From contig OU015568.1 of the NCBI GenBank assembly GCA_907165135.1, forward strand, positions 6,882,001 to 6,946,000: a stretch of DNA of 64,000 bases, read 5' to 3'. Position numbers and translations under genes: made by a program. The notes beneath the pieces are model-generated. The model was not told where the DNA came from, made no database searches, and worked only from the letters and a program-made list of their open reading frames with translations. Each line of letters starts with the position of its first letter. Position 1 is the stretch's first letter. Shown piece after piece: positions 23,795 through 35,129 of the stretch. This DNA comes from Oikopleura dioica. Taxonomy: Eukaryota > Animalia > Chordata.

Positions 23795-24939
23795 ATGTCG
23801 GAAGGCGCCAATTATTACAACAAGTCCGAGTATGGCTCTGACTTCCCAGCTCTTCGACGGTAAGCCTAGAAATTACTTGATAAAAAGAATTTTTTGAGAA
23901 AGAAAATTTTATTTACTTAAACTAAAAGACTTTTTGAATCACTTTCGAGCCGAAAATTTTGGGTAAAAACTGTCGATTTCGAGGCTAAAGGGCTTTTAAG
24001 AAAAGCCGCGCGCGGCTTTGTTGATAATTGAATCTTTTTAGTCGAAGAACGGTAAATTTTCATCTGTGAAATTTGAGAAAAAGGAAGAAATTTATGTCAA
24101 ATTTTTTTTTCGATAAGCAAGATTTTTCTTTTACCCGAAATTTCTTTTTATGAAATAACTATTATCAAAAAATCGTTCAGCCACGTCAACATCATGGGTC
24201 GATACGCTGTGTCCCAGGACCCCCGATTCTTGAACACCAACAGATGGAGATCGTGCTGGGTCCACTACGCCGACTTCTACCGATGCACCCACGTCCGAGA
24301 GCAGCTCGGCAAGGACACCGAAGTCTGCGGCTATTTCCGAAATAACTTCCTCCAGATCTGTCCTGAAGGCATGATCAAGAAGTTCGACGAGCAGCGAGCC
24401 GCCAAGATCTTCCCTTCTCCCGTCTACAGGAACAGTTTCACTCTTTCTTATCTAAAAACTTCTTCTTTTGTCGATTGAATTTGATGATTCTCGACTTAAA
24501 ATTCGTGAAAAAATATGAGCCACTCTTTGTGCGGCTTCTTTAATTGGAAATATCTAAGTCGAAACCTGTGTAGAAAACCTGAGTCAGGGTTTGAATGAGT
24601 TCGATTTTGCTCAACGTACGATTGATTAAAGCTCTTTCGAATCCTGACTCAGGTTTTCTACACAGGTTGCGACATCGATTTCCCAATTAAAGAAGCCGCA
24701 CAGAGCGCGGCTAGAATTTTCTTCTTGAAACGGCGTCTCAATTTGACTGACAGTCGACTTTTGTCCCCCCTATTTCAAGCCTTAGAAATTCATTCCGTAC
24801 AATTGTGAAACTGCCATAAAGCCGAGACATCGAAGACTCTTACGAGTGGGAGCCCAAGCACGAAGCCTGGAAGGTCCAAGCCGAGGCCGCCAAGGAGCGA
24901 GAGACCAAGTACCGAGAGTTCTTCCAGTCCCAGAAGTAA
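23795..24939 (+). CDS. COX6B: Cytochrome c oxidase subunit 6B with N- and C-terminal extensions (3 exons)
   Basis: DPRFLNTNRWRSCWVHYADFYRC..CGYFRNNFLQICP..FDEQRAAKIFP twin Cx9C/Cx10C motif. Exon 1 MSEGANYY..LRR joins in phase; last exon IEDSYEWEPKHEAWK..EFFQSQK*. Confidence 0.93.
24525..24710. mobile_element. MITE family A copy with outer aagccgc-containing arms, in a COX6B intron
   Basis: gcggcttctttaattggaaat..aacctgtgtagaaaacctgagtcaggg / cctgactcaggttttctacacaggtt..atttcccaattaaagaagccgc. Confidence 0.88.
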
Positions 24940-25129
24940 ATCTCCAATTCGTCGCTCGAAGAAATCTCAAAGCAAACATCATGTTTTGACAATTTTTAAA
25001 ACCTTTCAATTCGTCTAAAATGTTCAACTAAAAAAGATTTCCATCAACCTCTATTTATTACAAGGCTCGCGCCTTGAGTCCCTGGAACAGAATAAATTCT
25101 AGATACAGAATAATCCATCAACTTCAGTG

Positions 25130-25329
25130 CTGGGCTCAGGAACCTGTTTTGACCTGTAGTCTGCCTGAGTCAGGGCCTGAAAGATCTGAAAAAGCGAAAT
25201 TTCCAATAGTTTTTTAACTTCTGGCGAAGCCGCATTGCGGCTTCGTTTTTGAAAAAGCCGCTGTGCGGCTCTTCATTCTGGACCTTTCAGACCCTTACTC
25301 AGGCTTTCTACACAGGATGCCGAGCCCAG
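25130..25329. mobile_element. MITE family A copy
   Basis: ctgggctcaggaacctg..cctgagtcaggg ... cccttactcaggctttctacacaggatgccgagcccag. Confidence 0.85.
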
Positions 25330-25747
25330 CTATAGTTAGGACACTTTTCCTTGTTGATTGCAGCGCAGAAGCCGAGCCGTTCTGAGTAAATTGCCCAATT
25401 CAGAATCAGGATAGAAACAGGGCATAAATCCTCAATTAGAGCACAATTACTCCGACCCCGAGGCTGCGGCCTGGAAGTAATTTCAACTTTTCACCTCCTC
25501 TTGATTGATTGATTTCAGTCTGCTTTAAAAACAGATCTCGCAAAAACAGAATCCGGTAGTCAGACATTTTCCAACGGAGAAAATCACAAACAGGCAAGGA
25601 AAAGAGATAAGCAGGATTTGAATTTGAGAGCAGGCGATGGGATTATTTACGGTTATTGACATTTTCTGACTATAAATCGATTTTATATTGGTGTTCAGTA
25701 GCCCACAAATTGCAATTATAAAGTAATTTTTCATTTCTATCTGACAA

Positions 25748-25935
25748 ATTATCACTAGAATGACGATTTTTATCAGAAAAGCTGCTAAAAATCGAGAAGC
25801 CGCTTGCGGCTTCGAGTGAAAAGGACAAAAAGCCGCTCTATGCGCGGCTTTAGCTTCTTCTAACTCAAAGCCGCAAGCGGCTTCTCGATTTTTAGCAGCT
25901 TTTTTGATAAAAAAATCGTAATTCTAGTGATAATT
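25748..25935. mobile_element. Palindromic element sharing the aagccgc/gcggctt core but with different termini
   Basis: aattatcactagaatgacgattttt atcagaaaagctgctaaaaatcgagaagccgcttgcggctt / aagccgcaagcggcttctcgatttttagcagctt..atcgtaattctagtgataatt. Confidence 0.85.
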
Positions 25936-26368
25936 AGTCAGAAAAAAGGCGAACTGAGGTATTTGTCGATGAATTTTTAAGACTTTTTCGTGCTTTGGCA
26001 TTGCTAATTTCGCGTTGGAGTACAGTTCAATTAGCGTGAATATTTAACAGCTGTCGGCTTGTACGTCTGGCCATTGAGCAGAGATAGAATGTGGCGGATT
26101 CTATTGTGACGAAGTCGAAAATAATTAAATTTTGATGGGGCCTCTCGCGGGCGTGCGCGCTTTCCATCACTCGAACTGCACACTAATGCAATCACGCTCC
26201 AAGTCAAAGCACCAGAGTTTCTATCGATCCTCCTCCTCTTTCCATTCTGAGTTGTCCTTTTTCAATTTTAAAAGCCATTCCCAAAATGAGGAGCAACGCG
26301 AAGAGAAAGATTGCGGCTAGAATCAACGGTAACCCAATTTTATTATTTGCCTTTAAAATTAGCAATAA

Positions 26369-27008
26369 TTAAATAATATTTTTTATTAAAGTCGAATAAG
26401 AAAAGTCTTCGAAAAGAATCTTGAAGTTGATTTTTTCAGGAAGTCTTCGGCACAGAGAACTGAAATGCACCCGCGAAGACGTCAAAGGACTCGTCATATT
26501 TTTGTCAATAATCGCTGCCGCCATCGTCATTGCTGAATTGATGAGCATTTCGTCTGGCGGCTCGTCGAGCACTCGTCCCAAGAGTTGAAGATCTGTAAGG
26601 TCAAAGTCGTTACTCCAAAACACAGCCACGAATTCAGGCGAGGAATAAGAACTTGTCCCTTACCTGTTCATTTTTTATATTTTTTCTCTTTGATTACCAT
26701 TTCTCTTCTGCATCATCTTTTAAAAGATCTCGTGTCATTCGAATTCACGCAAACGCTATGCAAAAGTATGGATATCATTTCCAAAAAATAAAAAAAATCA
26801 TTTTTTCACATTGAAAATTTTAGCAAGTGATAAGCACGAAAGTTCCCAGAGGAGAAGTCCCTTCTCCTGAGGGCAGCTGCCGGGTCGGGTCGGTGAATTT
26901 TATGCAGTTGAATGACACATTTGATGACAGCGAAGTGAAAGCGAATTTTTTAGCGCGCTGGCTCACTGGGAAACGAAATTTTACTTCTAGCGCCAGGAAT
27001 TTTTTCAA
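26369..27008 (-). CDS. Hypothetical spliced gene directly downstream of the kinase
   Basis: Coding-like segments (VKFRFPVSQRAKKF...; EFVAVFWSNDFDLTDLQLLGRVLDEPPDEMLINSAM...) separated by short intron-like stretches. No family recognised and ends not fixed. Confidence 0.4.
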
Positions 27009-27053
27009 AGAACAAACAAGAAAATGAAAGCTTATTTTTTTGAGTAGTGCATT

Positions 27054-28098
27054 TTATTTTGGCAAAGGCAAAAGTGAAAGTTTTTGAAAAGAAGGGCGCT
27101 TTTTCAGCTTGGCAAGGCAAGATTTCATCATTTGATCAACGTCTGAATTTAAATTGCTTCCAGGCAGTGGCTCATTTTCCATGATTTCGGCAGCTTTTGG
27201 CAGATCTTCGAGAATAGGCAAATCTTGCCAGGGCAGTTTTCCAGCGTGGCAAATCTCGTGAATGACGATTCCAAAGCTCCAAACATCAGTTTTCCACGTG
27301 ATTGTCTGTTTTCGAAGGACTTCTGGGGGCATCCATCGGTAGTTGACCTTCAGCAATAATTATAAGAGTGGAAGAAGGAGACTTACTTTTGATGGAAGAT
27401 CTTTTTTGCCCCTTTTCGCAAAGGAAGCATTACCAAAGTCTCCTATTTTTATTCGCCCTTCATCAGTTACTAAGCAATTTCTAGCGGCCAAGTCCAGATG
27501 CCAAATATTATTTTCGTGCACAAACTTCATCCCTTTCAGAATGTCGTTGATTGCGTCAATTTTGAAGATCTCTGAATACTCCTGACCAGCAGCTGATAGA
27601 AATCTACTCAGATCTCCTTTTGTGAAGAGATGCATGATTAAATACGGGGTCGCGTGTTTTTCTGAAGCAACAGAACCGATCAGATGAACGATGTTTTCAT
27701 GGTTTCTTTATAAGAGATCACTGAAAAGAAGCTTTGAAAAATTGATGTTGGTATGACTTGATCTGGTCCTTAATTTGGCCATTATATGATGCTCCTTCTC
27801 GAAGATTTTTTGGTTGGAAATCATCTTGAAACAAGCTGGTTGCTTGTTGTATGTTCCCGAGTATATCCTGCCATAATGGCCGAAGGAAATTTGTTTGTCG
27901 ATTTGAAACGTTCCGGACAGCAGCGGTTCTTGCTCGTAAGAATTGGATCTTCTTCTAGCGACCAAGGAGGCTATTTTTCTCCGCAGGAACCAAACTAAAA
28001 CTGAACAGAAAGAAGCGATGATTGAAAGTACCTGTGTAAGCTAAACAAACAATAAAAAGAACAATCAAAATTGGAATCCATTTTCGCGTCTCTTGCAT
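27054..28098 (-). CDS. Membrane-anchored tyrosine-kinase-like protein with almost no ectodomain (STYK1/NOK-like architecture)
   Basis: MQETRKWIPILIVLFIVCLAYTVLVWFLRRK (TM), then kinase motifs HENIVHL, HLDLAARNCLV, KIGDFG, RWMPPE, TDVWSFG, KRPSF. Confidence 0.85.
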
Positions 28099-28463
28099 AA
28101 TTCATCCCTTCGTTCTCTCAAGATCCCATTCAAAGAAAGAGAAAGTAGCGTAGTCCCTCGTGGCTCAGACGAAAACGTGAGCTTCTCCCTTGCTTTAAAA
28201 ACTCAAGGGTAAGTAGCGCTTGTAGGTAAAACTCGCTGAAAACAATAAATCTTCTCGAAAAAAAAGACTCCTGCAATAAACACGGCTGAAGGCCTGACAA
28301 AGGCCGCAAAAAATCTTTACGGCCCGTTGGTCAAATTTTATCGTGCTCGAGGGCAGGAACTGAAGTTTTATTATCGAATCATTGTTCCGTTTGGAAAGAC
28401 AGTAACATTCATTTCAGCAGTTGAATTTCCATCAGCATTCACCGTTTCGAAAATTTTGAACCA

Positions 28464-28718
28464 CTAAAACATTTCCACAATGATTCTTTCTTTATATTTC
28501 TTTTCTTTGAGGAAATGTTCCTGTTTTTCGTCAATATATTTTTTGTACCCAACGCCAATCATAATGAACATAATCAGGAAAATTGAAGAATACACGATGC
28601 ACACAGTAGCTTTTATTTTCCAGTCGAGGCAAAACTTTTGTCGATAATACGCTTCCTTCATATTTTTCTCTTTCGAAAAGCTAGGGAAATAAACTCCGCA
28701 GGAAGTAGATTGATTCAT
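28464..28718 (-). CDS. Small single-TM hypothetical protein (84 aa)
   Basis: Intronless ATG ORF with a hydrophobic span VCIVYSSIFLIMFIMIGVG followed by a basic tail. Confidence 0.45.
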   Translation of the reverse strand: MNQSTSCGVYFPSFSKEKNMKEAYYRQKFCLDWKIKATVCIVYSSIFLIMFIMIGVGYKKYIDEKQEHFLKEKKYKERIIVEMF

Positions 28719-29154
28719 TTTTTGTTAATTTCTTTCCTCTAGCTTTGCTTCGTTCGTAGAAGCTTAATATTGACTTATACAAGTATTCCATCATGGATCT
28801 GGTATCTTTGAATAAATACGGAGATGCAACTCAGACTGACTTGAGAAATATTAAATCTAGGTCAACCGGAAAGAGCTCAATAAATTTCGTCTAAGTCATG
28901 AATGACTCGGTATTGGAGACAACAAGGAGAAAGAGCAAAAGTTATTTTAAGCAAAGCATGTTTATGTAGCAAAAACCGCAAGCAGTGTCGTCTTCTTTGA
29001 GCGCAAGAATAACTGAGAAAAAGTTTCATGAAAGGTGCTTTTGTTACGTCAAGCACGCATTGTATTCATATAGCGAGCCCGCATAGGATCGCGGATCATT
29101 CAGCCGGAACAAATTGAGAGAAGATCAAGTCAGAGTAGCACTTCTTTACCGTAA

Positions 29155-32100
29155 ATGTTTCTTCCCCTTCTCGTGGGGGTTTTCTCCCAAGGTAAGATTT
29201 TTGAAAAACTACAAAAAGCCAACCGTTCAGTAGCGAGAGGCGATGGCCCTATGTTCGACTCTTACGATCATATGTTTGATGTTCCTGTTCTTCAAAAGAG
29301 AATGCCATTTGTTGGAATGCATCTTCCCCCACCACCTCCTCCCCTTAATTTAGAAAGAGAAAGTCGTCCTCGATTCATACCCCATCCTCCACCTCCTCCT
29401 CCTCCACCTGCTTTCCACCTGTTTTCCGATAAAATTCGAAGCCCTTCCAAAAAGCCAGCAATTCCACCTGTCGGTCCGCCTCCTCCTCCTCCCCCGCCGC
29501 CACCTTCATGCTTTATCGGCATGGAGGACGAGTCATCCTCAGAAAAACCGATTCGTCCAGTGATCCTACCGCCGATCATTCCACCTCCTCCTCCCCCACC
29601 ACCACTACCCCCTGGAGCCACAATTGAAGATATGTGCCGAGAAGCAAACTGCTCTTCCTCCGAGATTTTCATCGCTGCCGAATATCCACTTGGCGAATAT
29701 TGCGCTCCTCTTTGCTCGTACGATCCCTGTAGCGACCAAGGCGAGCTTTGCCTTCATTCCTTCGAGATCGATCAATGCGGTGTGCTCCTCGACGAAATGG
29801 ACGATAATTATTCAAGAGTTTGCTTGCCCGTTCCGATCGTTGATCCAGGCTCTTACACTCAAGAGCTGAGCGCCAGTATAAACAACTTTACTATTCAGCT
29901 GAGTTTTGTTTTGTCTCCTCCAGAAATAACTCCGTCGCTCGAAGAAATGCAGAAGATATTCGAAGAAAAACTAGACGACGCGATGACTGGCTTGCCCTTA
30001 GCACAGATGATGATGAAACTGGAAATAAAGATGGACGCATATTTATCGTTGAACAATACTGTTCGCGCTCGGAGGAAGCGGGCAGTTGAAGATGAATTGA
30101 TACAGATGAGCGCTCTTCTTACTCTAAATTTGACTGGTTCTGAATATGTCGATTCAAATGCAACGATTAAAACGGAAGAACTTGAGACAACACTGGATGC
30201 TGTAATGAAAACATTGAGACAAAATCTTCCCTTTGAAATTGTCAACATGGAAGTCTTCATTCCAGAGCTTGATTCTGATCTTGACATCGTTACTGAGGAG
30301 CCGGGAGTACTTGAGACAACTACGACGACTTCTACAACGACTACATCTACAACCACGCCAACGACGACAGACATTACTACTGGTGATACAAGTAATTCAA
30401 CCACACCCATTTCAACCACAACCATTTCAACAGACACGAGTTCAATAACAACGACGTCTTCAACAACAACAACAGCACCAACAACAACTACATCAAAATC
30501 CACTACAACAAGTTCAAGTGCTGAAACTACTTCAGAACAAACAACTTCCACCGAAATTTCGAATACAACATCTTCAAGAACCACATCAACATCTACGACC
30601 ACCGAAATACCAATTTCTTCTATTGAAACAACAACACCAGTTATCATTTCGACAACTACGAATTCAACATCGGGTGAGACAGGAAGTACTTCAAGTACTT
30701 TGAGTCCGGCAACCGCGAAACCTGATACTGTATCAACAACCGCAGAATTAGTAAAAACAACAACAAAAACGACGACGCCAACAACATCATCCTCGACAAC
30801 AAAATCATCCTCGACTAGTACATCCATTTCTACAACTACCGCTTCGAAAACACTGACAGCATCTACTTCAACATCTTCCGAGTCGCCACCAGGTATAATA
30901 TCAACCACGCCAGCTACACAATCATCAATCACAACTGAATCAATTACAACATCATCCGAATCATCTTTTGAATCAACAACAATTGATCCAAATATCTCAA
31001 ATAATAGCACTAGTTCATTAATTCTGACATCAAGCAAGTTTGTTGATTATGAAACCACATCTCAAACGCTGTCGACAATGGCCTCTGGCTTGATGGAGAA
31101 CATAACAATGCCGGCGATAACAAAGAGCCCCGACTCAGAAGACACAATTGAAACAACAGTCGCACCTGGACCGTCAACGCCATCTCCAGAATCGACGTCA
31201 ACTCTGAACTCTGTTACTCCAGATCAAGAAACAACTTCTACTGCTGTCCTTTCATCAACAACAGCCGCCTCAACGATAACTACGATTATTTCTGAAGGCT
31301 CGAATATCGAGAGTAATTCCACAACCACAGAAGTCATGTCAACTTCAACAGATGATGCGCAAAGCTCATCTCCAATTGCAACAACACTCTCAACGGAAGC
31401 AAGTACTAGGCCAGATTTAACAACACCAACTGCAGTGACAACTTTTTCTTCATCTTCTACTCAAGAAAACATTCTATCGTCAACGACAACTACTGTCGCA
31501 GACAGCACATCGACAAAAATAAAATCTACGACAACTGCGGAAACGACAACAACAACAATAATCTCATCTACAACAACTTCTACAACTACAAGTTCAACAA
31601 GATCGCCATCTTCCTCATCAACAACCACTTCAACAACGAACTCAATGACAACATCAACTACAGCAAGCCCTGAAACTGAAACATCATCTGCAACAACAAC
31701 TTCGTCAACTTCTGTATCGTTATTAGTTGAAACTAATACAACATCATCTCCAGAAAACAGAACAACAAAAAGCACTGAAACGACAACGATTTTGACTGTG
31801 CAACCAGAACAGAACTTGACTACTCTATCTCAATCTCAAGACTTAACAACCACAACTACCACCACCACAACAACAACAACAACAACCACAACAAAAACAA
31901 ATTCAGATCCACCAAGTAGCACTAGCCAATCATCAAATACAACAAAATCACCATCAACGAGCCCTAACTCAACAACGAACTCAACCACTATTTTAGGAGA
32001 AAGCATTGTAACAGTTGGCATAAATGTCACCATTGGAATAAGTATCCAATACGAGGAAGCGTACGAAGACATAACTAGTGAGGAATCAGTAGAATTATGG

Positions 32101-33222
32101 GCAGTTCTTGAGATTTCCATAATGGCTGGACTGAAGACGGACATTCCAGGATTAACAGATTTGATTCTCCTTGCTTTTGTGCAAGTTCAACAGGAACAGG
32201 GGCTAAATGACCTCAATTTATTTTTATATTTCTCGTTGACTGTATAATTTATCCTTGAAAGAATCGAAATGGTCCGTTCTCCAACGGAATCGTGAAAAGA
32301 CAAAGTGCATCTGGCAATGACGTTCTTGGTGTATTATTCGAAATGCAAATCGAACAGGATCCTTCTGAGGCGAATAATCAACTGTTTGAAAATCCAGCTG
32401 CAAAGCTCCAAGAAATCCTTGATGAGGGTGGAACGCAACGAATATCTGAAGAATTGAAGAAACAAAATGTCACATATACGATTGATGAAAATGTGGCTGT
32501 TGAAGCTGTGTTGTCAAGGATGTCTTCGAGCGACCCAAGGAAAGGGTTCAAAGATAAGATATTTTTTGTTTTTTTCAAATATATTTTTACCTCAAAAACA
32601 GTTCAATATACAGTCTTCAATGCAAGGGCAGAATGACGATGGAATGTGGAACCAGCGAAGTTTATGTTGTCACTGAAGATATAAAAGCATTTATAAGTGA
32701 AGAAAGCGAAGTAAATGTTTCTTCGAAGATTTTCGATTACGAATGTACTGATGTTTGTGATGTAAGGGCATTTTTCAACGACTTTCAGATTAAAATTATC
32801 CTTAGCTGACCGAATGCGAGGCAAGATGCACTTCACAGCGAAAAACCATCGAAGAAATTTGCAACTTGAATCTTGTCAAATCATATTACGAAGGAGATCA
32901 AACCGGTAAAATTTATAAATTGGCATCAAGCTCACCATTGTATTTAGATTTGAATACAGCTAAAGTCTTCTACGATTACGGTTGCAAAGGTCCCTTTGAA
33001 CCGTGGAAGATTGTTCTCATTGTTGTCTTCCTTCTTCTTGGAATTGTTCTTCTTACAATGACGATCTATTGGTACAAATCAAGAAAATTCTGCTTCTCAC
33101 GAAATATTCGAGTTTCCCGACCTCTTTCTCGGTTTTCCCAGGCTTCAAATGCTATGACTCCTCCTTCGTCCGCGACATCTTCACCAGGGGTAATTCATCC
33201 TCCAAAAAAAAGTTTATCATAA
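29155..33222 (+). CDS. Type I membrane mucin: signal peptide, polyproline and Cys-rich N-terminus, furin site, Thr/Ser-rich mucin stalk, SEA-like domain, juxtamembrane Cys domain, TM
   Basis: MFLPLLVGVFSQ; several P5-P9 runs; ARRKR; ~570-aa T/S tract; SEA-like VTVGINVTIGISIQYEEAY..; CKGRMTMECG..ECEARC..YDYGCKG; TM KIVLIVVFLLLGIVLLTMTIYWY. Confidence 0.85.
31850..31900 (+). repeat. (ACA/ACC)n microsatellite encoding poly-Thr
   Basis: accacaactaccaccaccacaacaacaacaacaacaaccacaaca within the mucin ORF. Confidence 0.9.
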
Positions 33223-33550
33223 ACATTCAGAGCTACAAACGAAGAATCGACGATTTCAGCAGCTAACTGATACTCAGTCAGAATTCTGTTCAATAAATCT
33301 CCTTCTCTGCAATAAAAAAAATTCAATCTCACCTCTCACGGAAGTATTATTCAGCTGCGGTTATACGCACACCTCTACGATTATTGGTATTTGATGTCTA
33401 TGAAAAAAAATCTCCACCGGTGAAAAATCGCGGTTTTTAAACGATAACCTAATTATCCCTCTAATCAATTAACTGACAGCGGGCGCGTATTTAAGTAAAT
33501 CGAGTTCGTGATTTTCATCATCAAATATAAAAAAAAAACTTGAAAAAATA

Positions 33551-34458
33551 ATGAAATTATTTGTTTTGTCTCTCGCTGCTCTTGCTTCTGCTCAGCGACC
33601 AAAGCGGAATAAGAACAAGAACAACAACTATCCGAAAACGACGACGCCTGCTTACGAGACGACGACGTACTACGCTACAACTGAAGCTCAGGAAGGAGCG
33701 TACAACGACAACGGCCAGTTCGGAACTGGAGGCGCTTATGGAGACCCTCATTTCATGGTCGCCGCGCCAAAGACGGAGCCAATTTGCTTCGACTACAACC
33801 CTCCAGCTGATTCGGAAATGACGCTCATCATGGACCCGGAGTCGAATCTCTTCATTTCTGCCCGCGTGGACTCTCGAAGACAAGGCAAGACGCGATTCAT
33901 GACCAGATTGACGATCATGTCTCCTCTTGGCGCTACCATGAGCATCGATGAAAACGGAGTCCATGTTGAAGGTAATACAACCCCCTCTTACCCCCCTTTT
34001 AACCCACTTTTAGGTCTTCCAGGATGGGCAGAAGCGCTGAAAGAGCCAACCGAATCTGGCATCATCGAGTACGGAGACATCAAATACACCGAGCAGTGGT
34101 CGGAAGACGGCGCTCGCGACAAGATCACTCTTGAGATCAACAACGGCCCTCATTTTCTCATCAAAGAGAAAGCTTTCCGAGAAACAATTTCCTTCGGAAT
34201 CCAATCTTCTCAGGGTCTCTCTGAAAAGACGCGAGGTGTTCTAGGGCAGTTCGTTCACAACAACGCTTACACAATCAAGCAGCACTCCGAAACCGAAGCT
34301 ACTGTTAATATTGACGGATTCGAGGTAATAGGTCCTTGATCCATCTTTGGTCTTATCAAAATTTCTAGGTCTCCGCTAAATGGGAAGAATTCCACCGAAA
34401 CTCGGAGTGCTGGACCATCGAAGAAGACCAACTTCTCGATTTCTTCAGTCAATTCTGA
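33551..34458 (+). CDS. Secreted stand-alone inter-alpha-trypsin-inhibitor heavy chain C-terminal (ITI_HC_C-like) domain protein
   Basis: Signal peptide MKLFVLSLAALASA; GDPHFMV..ICFDY..LIMDPES; RGVLGQF; last exon ..ECWTI..*. No VIT or vWA domain upstream. Confidence 0.8.
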
Positions 34459-35129
34459 AAAATCTTTTCTACGAAAAAAAAATGGTGTAAAATTTTCATC
34501 TGAGAATGAGTTACGATCTCTGTAATGACGATGAAAACCGTGTGCATATTTATTTATATAAAAGATTACAAAAAGCAATACGCAAAATATTCTCTTCCTT
34601 GATTTCAGAGATATTTTTTGACGGGTAGACTTTGTTTTGGAAAAAAAAGTAATATCATTTTCCGATAATACTTGATCTTGAAACTGTTTTTCATTACTGT
34701 AAATGCGGTTTTGCCGCTCCAGAGTGATAGTAAGATCCAGGTGCATATTTTTATATAAACTTGAATTTTTATCATCAAGCTTTTTTTGAAGAAAAATGAC
34801 TCGAGAAAGAACAAGTTAATTCTTGGCTAATGATGAGCTACTCGAAAAAAGTACTTCACGTGAAAACGTTGAAAACGAGGAAATACTTGAGGAAGCCAAT
34901 TAAACCCAAAAAGTATTTTCTAAGTTGGGCTTCCGCGCGAGTCAAGGACTTTTCTTTTTGCTGAAAAGACAAAGTTTTTTTATGAATGTAGAAATAACTT
35001 ATTAAATAATTTAAGGAGATGTGCGGTTGTGCAAAGATATACACTGTATATTATACAGAGATATTATTTGGAAATTTATTTTGAATTGGTCATATAAATG
35101 GTGGAGAGTCGGGTTATCGAGGCAAATCT

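Noticed and set aside
25300-25755. Hydrophobic Cys-rich minus-strand ORF 25525-25755
   Set aside because: It is AT-rich, lies between two repeats and has no supporting splice model or motif.
29895-31037. 380-aa Val-rich minus-strand ORF (also 31461-31775, 31836-32144, 29292-29672)
   Set aside because: Antisense shadow of the Thr/Ser- and Pro-rich mucin codons.
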